From a virus, in the IMG/VR virus record IMGVR_UViG_3300008952_000003, positions 32,001 through 96,000 of that record: 64,000 bases of DNA. One strand, given 5' to 3'. The position numbers and the translations under genes are program-made. Shown in pieces: positions 61,371-64,000 of the stretch; the first letter of the stretch is position 1, and every line of letters begins with the position of its first letter. The notes under the pieces were generated by a model. That model saw only the letters and a program-made list of their open reading frames with translations. It did not search any database and was not told the origin of the DNA.

Positions 61371-64000
61371 ATGTCAAGATTTAGGCCAAGTAGAAATTAC
61401 GTTAGTGGCAAAGTTGTATTTGATGGAGGCCCCGTTGATATATCAGGTGATCTGGTTGTATCTGGGTCCGTAACAGCTAACGAATATAATGTAAATGTCA
61501 TTAATACAAATGTGACTCATATTGACATGGATGGGTCAACAAAATTTGGAGACACTCCAGATGACACACATGTCTTTACGGGCTCGGTCTTTATTGACGG
61601 CCCCCTATCTGCTAGCAGTATTGTCGGCGGCGGCGCCACAACACCGGGCGCCCCAGTCAACTCGGTTCAATTTAACGATGCTGGTGCATTTGCTGGTGAT
61701 GCCGATTTTACGTGGGACAATGCGGCAAATGTACTGACCGTGACTGGTGACATTACAGCATCCGTAAATATTTCCGGAGCCTTTTTCTACGGCGATGGAT
61801 CCGGCCTGACCGGTGTCACAGCAACAGCAGCCCCAGCCGGATTAAATACAGAGATCCAATATAATGCTGACGGCATATTGGGTTCGGACGCCGATTTTAC
61901 ATGGAGTAGTGGTAGTAACACCCTGAGTGTTAATGGATCCATAACTTCGTCAGCCATCCTGATATCTTCCTCTGGCGATCCAGGCCCCCTTTTAGCAGTT
62001 TGTGGAAATGATTTTCCGTGTCTGTTGTCCGTCGACGCCTCCAGTAGCATTGACGGCGGTGGACGCGTACTAATTCGAACCTCAAACGATGACATAGAAC
62101 TTCCAACTTTCACGGCCCAGAGGGGCGCACTTCACTTGGAGCAGGAGTCTACTTCTTCAGCGGCCCTCAATGCAAACGGCATCTCTATGTATACCTATGC
62201 TCAAGAGCAATACCAATCTAGCATTAGGTTACATACTTGGGATCCAGTTCCGGGCGGCGCATCACACTTGTCTTTCTTTACAAATGAGGGCACATTCCCC
62301 CGCAGAGGATTTGTGCTGGACAACCAGCGTCTTGGTAGAATAAATTTCGGAGGATACGATGGCAATCAATCAGCATTTGGGTGTTATATTCAGGCCCGAG
62401 CCGATGAAGACTGGCATTTTTCAAGTAAAAACGGCACAGACCTTCAGTTCTACCTGGTCCCGAAAGAAAAGGGGTACTCGCCAAATTTAAGAGAGAGAAT
62501 AAGGATGACCGGCGAGGGGCACTTGATTGTTTTTCCTTATTCCGCCTCCAATGATGACGCTGATCTGATACAAAACAATTTTCTTTCAAGCCCAGGCTCT
62601 CCTGCATTACAAGTCTATGGCCCCACCATTTTTGGCAGTTCATCGCTGAATACACACACCTTCACCGGCTCAGTTAATATAAGCGGAGATCTGAGTGCCT
62701 CTTTAAATATGTCAGCCAGTGCGTTTTATGGTGACGGATCAAACTTAACAAATGTAAATGCATCTCTTTTAGTTGGAAACTCTCTCTTTGTCGATAGCGT
62801 CAACGGAGATGATGGAACCGCAACGAGGGGAAATGAGTCCCTTCCCTATTTGACAATCGCTGCAGCCCTCGCGGATTCCTTGAGTGGTGATGCTATTTAT
62901 GTTGGCCCCGGCGATTATCCGGAAACGTCCCTGTCCCTTACCACCGGCCGCGCCCTATTTGCTCCTGCCGGATACTCTCAAACTTCAATCGGTATAACAT
63001 CTTCTGCTACCGATATCATCGCGGCAGTTGATAATACTTGGATCGAGGGTTTTACTATTCATGTTCCGACTGGATCTGGAAATGCGGGGATTCGATATAC
63101 TGGGACTGGTGGGACAATGCTGGCTTACTCCATGGCCTATTCTGGCGACGGCGCAAGTGGCCTCGGCGATGGCTTTGTAAAGACGGGTACTGGAAAGGTT
63201 GTAGGGGCAGAAGTTAGGCTCGCCAAGGGCGGCCTGAATTCCATGATCAGGGTTGATCAGGGAGTCATGGCTTTCGAATCAATACACGTTCCCGGAGCCA
63301 CAGGTGTCATAGAAAATGTGGCAATAGCAGAGGGCACCGGCCGCGCTCAATTGATCAATTTTAATGTTGGGAATCCAAACGTTGTTGATACAATGACAGT
63401 TTCTGGTTCGGCAACTGCAATTTGTTTAAACGTCAATTGGTTCAATGTGGCAAATGGAATAAATTTACTGCAAGACGGAGTGACCCTTGAGGTCAACGGC
63501 GGAAAGGTACAGCCAACAACATATAGTATTAAAATGGATCTTGCAACTACCTGGACAACCGCTACGGGAATAACACTTACGAATGTTAGTTTGATTCCGA
63601 CATATTATGTTCCACCAACCGCATTCTCAAGCAACTTTGAGGCATTCTATTCTCAAAAGAAGGGAGAAGATTACGCAGGCGCCGTGAGGTTGTTGGGAGT
63701 TGATTTCGTCGCAGGACTCCCAGAGAAAGGCTCAGGCATAATGGCCGGACGAGGCGCTTCTTTTGGCTTAAATACAAAGGTTTATACGAGCGACGGCACA
63801 GACACGTCGACGACGGTAGGCGCAGTGATAGATGTCACGCCGACAGCATCCTCTATGGAAGATTCAACGTTCACTTTTCAGGGAGGCGCTGTAGATCACT
63901 GTATCTATTATGGAACGATTAGGCGAACCCCTGATAGCCAATTGGTTAAGAACTTTGGGACATTGATTGACACCACCGCTGGATCCCTCACCGGGTCCTA
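61371..64000 (+). CDS. Partial (3' end outside the window) tail-fibre/tailspike-like protein with a pectin-lyase-like beta-helix
   Basis: Manual translation from ATG 61371 stays open to 64000 (876 or more codons); fibre-type FYGDGS.LT repeats; LFVDSVNGDDG...PYLTIAAAL...GDAIYVGPGDY is a beta-helix N-cap. Absent from the ORF track. Confidence 0.8.
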   Translation, partial: MSRFRPSRNYVSGKVVFDGGPVDISGDLVVSGSVTANEYNVNVINTNVTHIDMDGSTKFGDTPDDTHVFTGSVFIDGPLSASSIVGGGATTPGAPVNSVQFNDAGAFAGDADFTWDNAANVLTVTGDITASVNISGAFFYGDGSGLTGVTATAAPAGLNTEIQYNADGILGSDADFTWSSGSNTLSVNGSITSSAILISSSGDPGPLLAVCGNDFPCLLSVDASSSIDGGGRVLIRTSNDDIELPTFTAQRGALHLEQESTSSAALNANGISMYTYAQEQYQSSIRLHTWDPVPGGASHLSFFTNEGTFPRRGFVLDNQRLGRINFGGYDGNQSAFGCYIQARADEDWHFSSKNGTDLQFYLVPKEKGYSPNLRERIRMTGEGHLIVFPYSASNDDADLIQNNFLSSPGSPALQVYGPTIFGSSSLNTHTFTGSVNISGDLSASLNMSASAFYGDGSNLTNVNASLLVGNSLFVDSVNGDDGTATRGNESLPYLTIAAALADSLSGDAIYVGPGDYPETSLSLTTGRALFAPAGYSQTSIGITSSATDIIAAVDNTWIEGFTIHVPTGSGNAGIRYTGTGGTMLAYSMAYSGDGASGLGDGFVKTGTGKVVGAEVRLAKGGLNSMIRVDQGVMAFESIHVPGATGVIENVAIAEGTGRAQLINFNVGNPNVVDTMTVSGSATAICLNVNWFNVANGINLLQDGVTLEVNGGKVQPTTYSIKMDLATTWTTATGITLTNVSLIPTYYVPPTAFSSNFEAFYSQKKGEDYAGAVRLLGVDFVAGLPEKGSGIMAGRGASFGLNTKVYTSDGTDTSTTVGAVIDVTPTASSMEDSTFTFQGGAVDHCIYYGTIRRTPDSQLVKNFGTLIDTTAGSLTGS

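Larger units (their letters stand above)
1..64000 (+). mobile_element. Segment of a large T4-like (myovirus) bacteriophage genome
   Basis: Terminase large subunit, gp20-type portal, gp21-type prohead protease, gp25 and gp6 baseplate wedge proteins, gp46/47-like nuclease, primase and phage sigma factor; unidirectional, overlapping gene packing with Shine-Dalgarno sites; no host housekeeping genes. Confidence 0.95.

Noticed and set aside
1-64000. Eukaryotic giant virus (NCLDV) origin, suggested by the glycosylation genes and giant ORFs
   Set aside because: T4-type terminase, portal, prohead protease, gp25 and gp6, plus SD sites and sigma70 promoters, indicate a bacteriophage.
1-64000. Stop-codon reassignment
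   Set aside because: Standard-code ORFs tile the window densely, and TAA, TAG and TGA all serve as gene ends.
1-64000. tRNA, rRNA or structured ncRNA genes
   Set aside because: Intergenic gaps are nearly all under 60 nt (largest about 143 nt), and no cloverleaf or T-loop pattern was seen.

Overview
The whole window reads as a segment of a large, AT-rich (roughly 38-40% GC by eye) T4-like tailed phage (myovirus) genome. All credible genes are on the + strand, tightly packed, in the standard genetic code. Order: (1) 12-7272, a glycan-modification cluster (GT10 fucosyltransferase, four sulfotransferases, two methyltransferase-like genes, fcl, gmd, an NAD-dependent epimerase); (2) 7286-9101, a consensus sigma70 promoter driving small genes and a phage sigma factor; (3) 9101-42081, a baseplate/tail module (M15 peptidase with a gp5-like OB motif, HxH spike-like protein, gp25, gp6, a 3550-aa LamG/reelin-like protein and several large unknown proteins); (4) 42081-46723, a RuvC-like resolvase, DNA primase and a fused Mre11-Rad50 (gp47-gp46) gene; (5) 46773-53086, LamG and fibre/adhesin-like genes; (6) 53111-54136, small membrane proteins (possible lysis cassette); (7) 54133-61328, terminase large subunit, portal, prohead protease and unknowns; (8) 61371 to the window end, an open fibre/beta-helix ORF missing from the ORF track. 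Main points of interest: a phage-encoded fucosylation/sulfation/methylation pathway, a candidate late promoter ACTAHTTA, about tenfold enrichment of GGCGCC, a reelin-like domain with a nested LamG insertion, and a 17-codon ORF with a perfect Shine-Dalgarno site. All assignments come from motifs read by eye; no searches were run.
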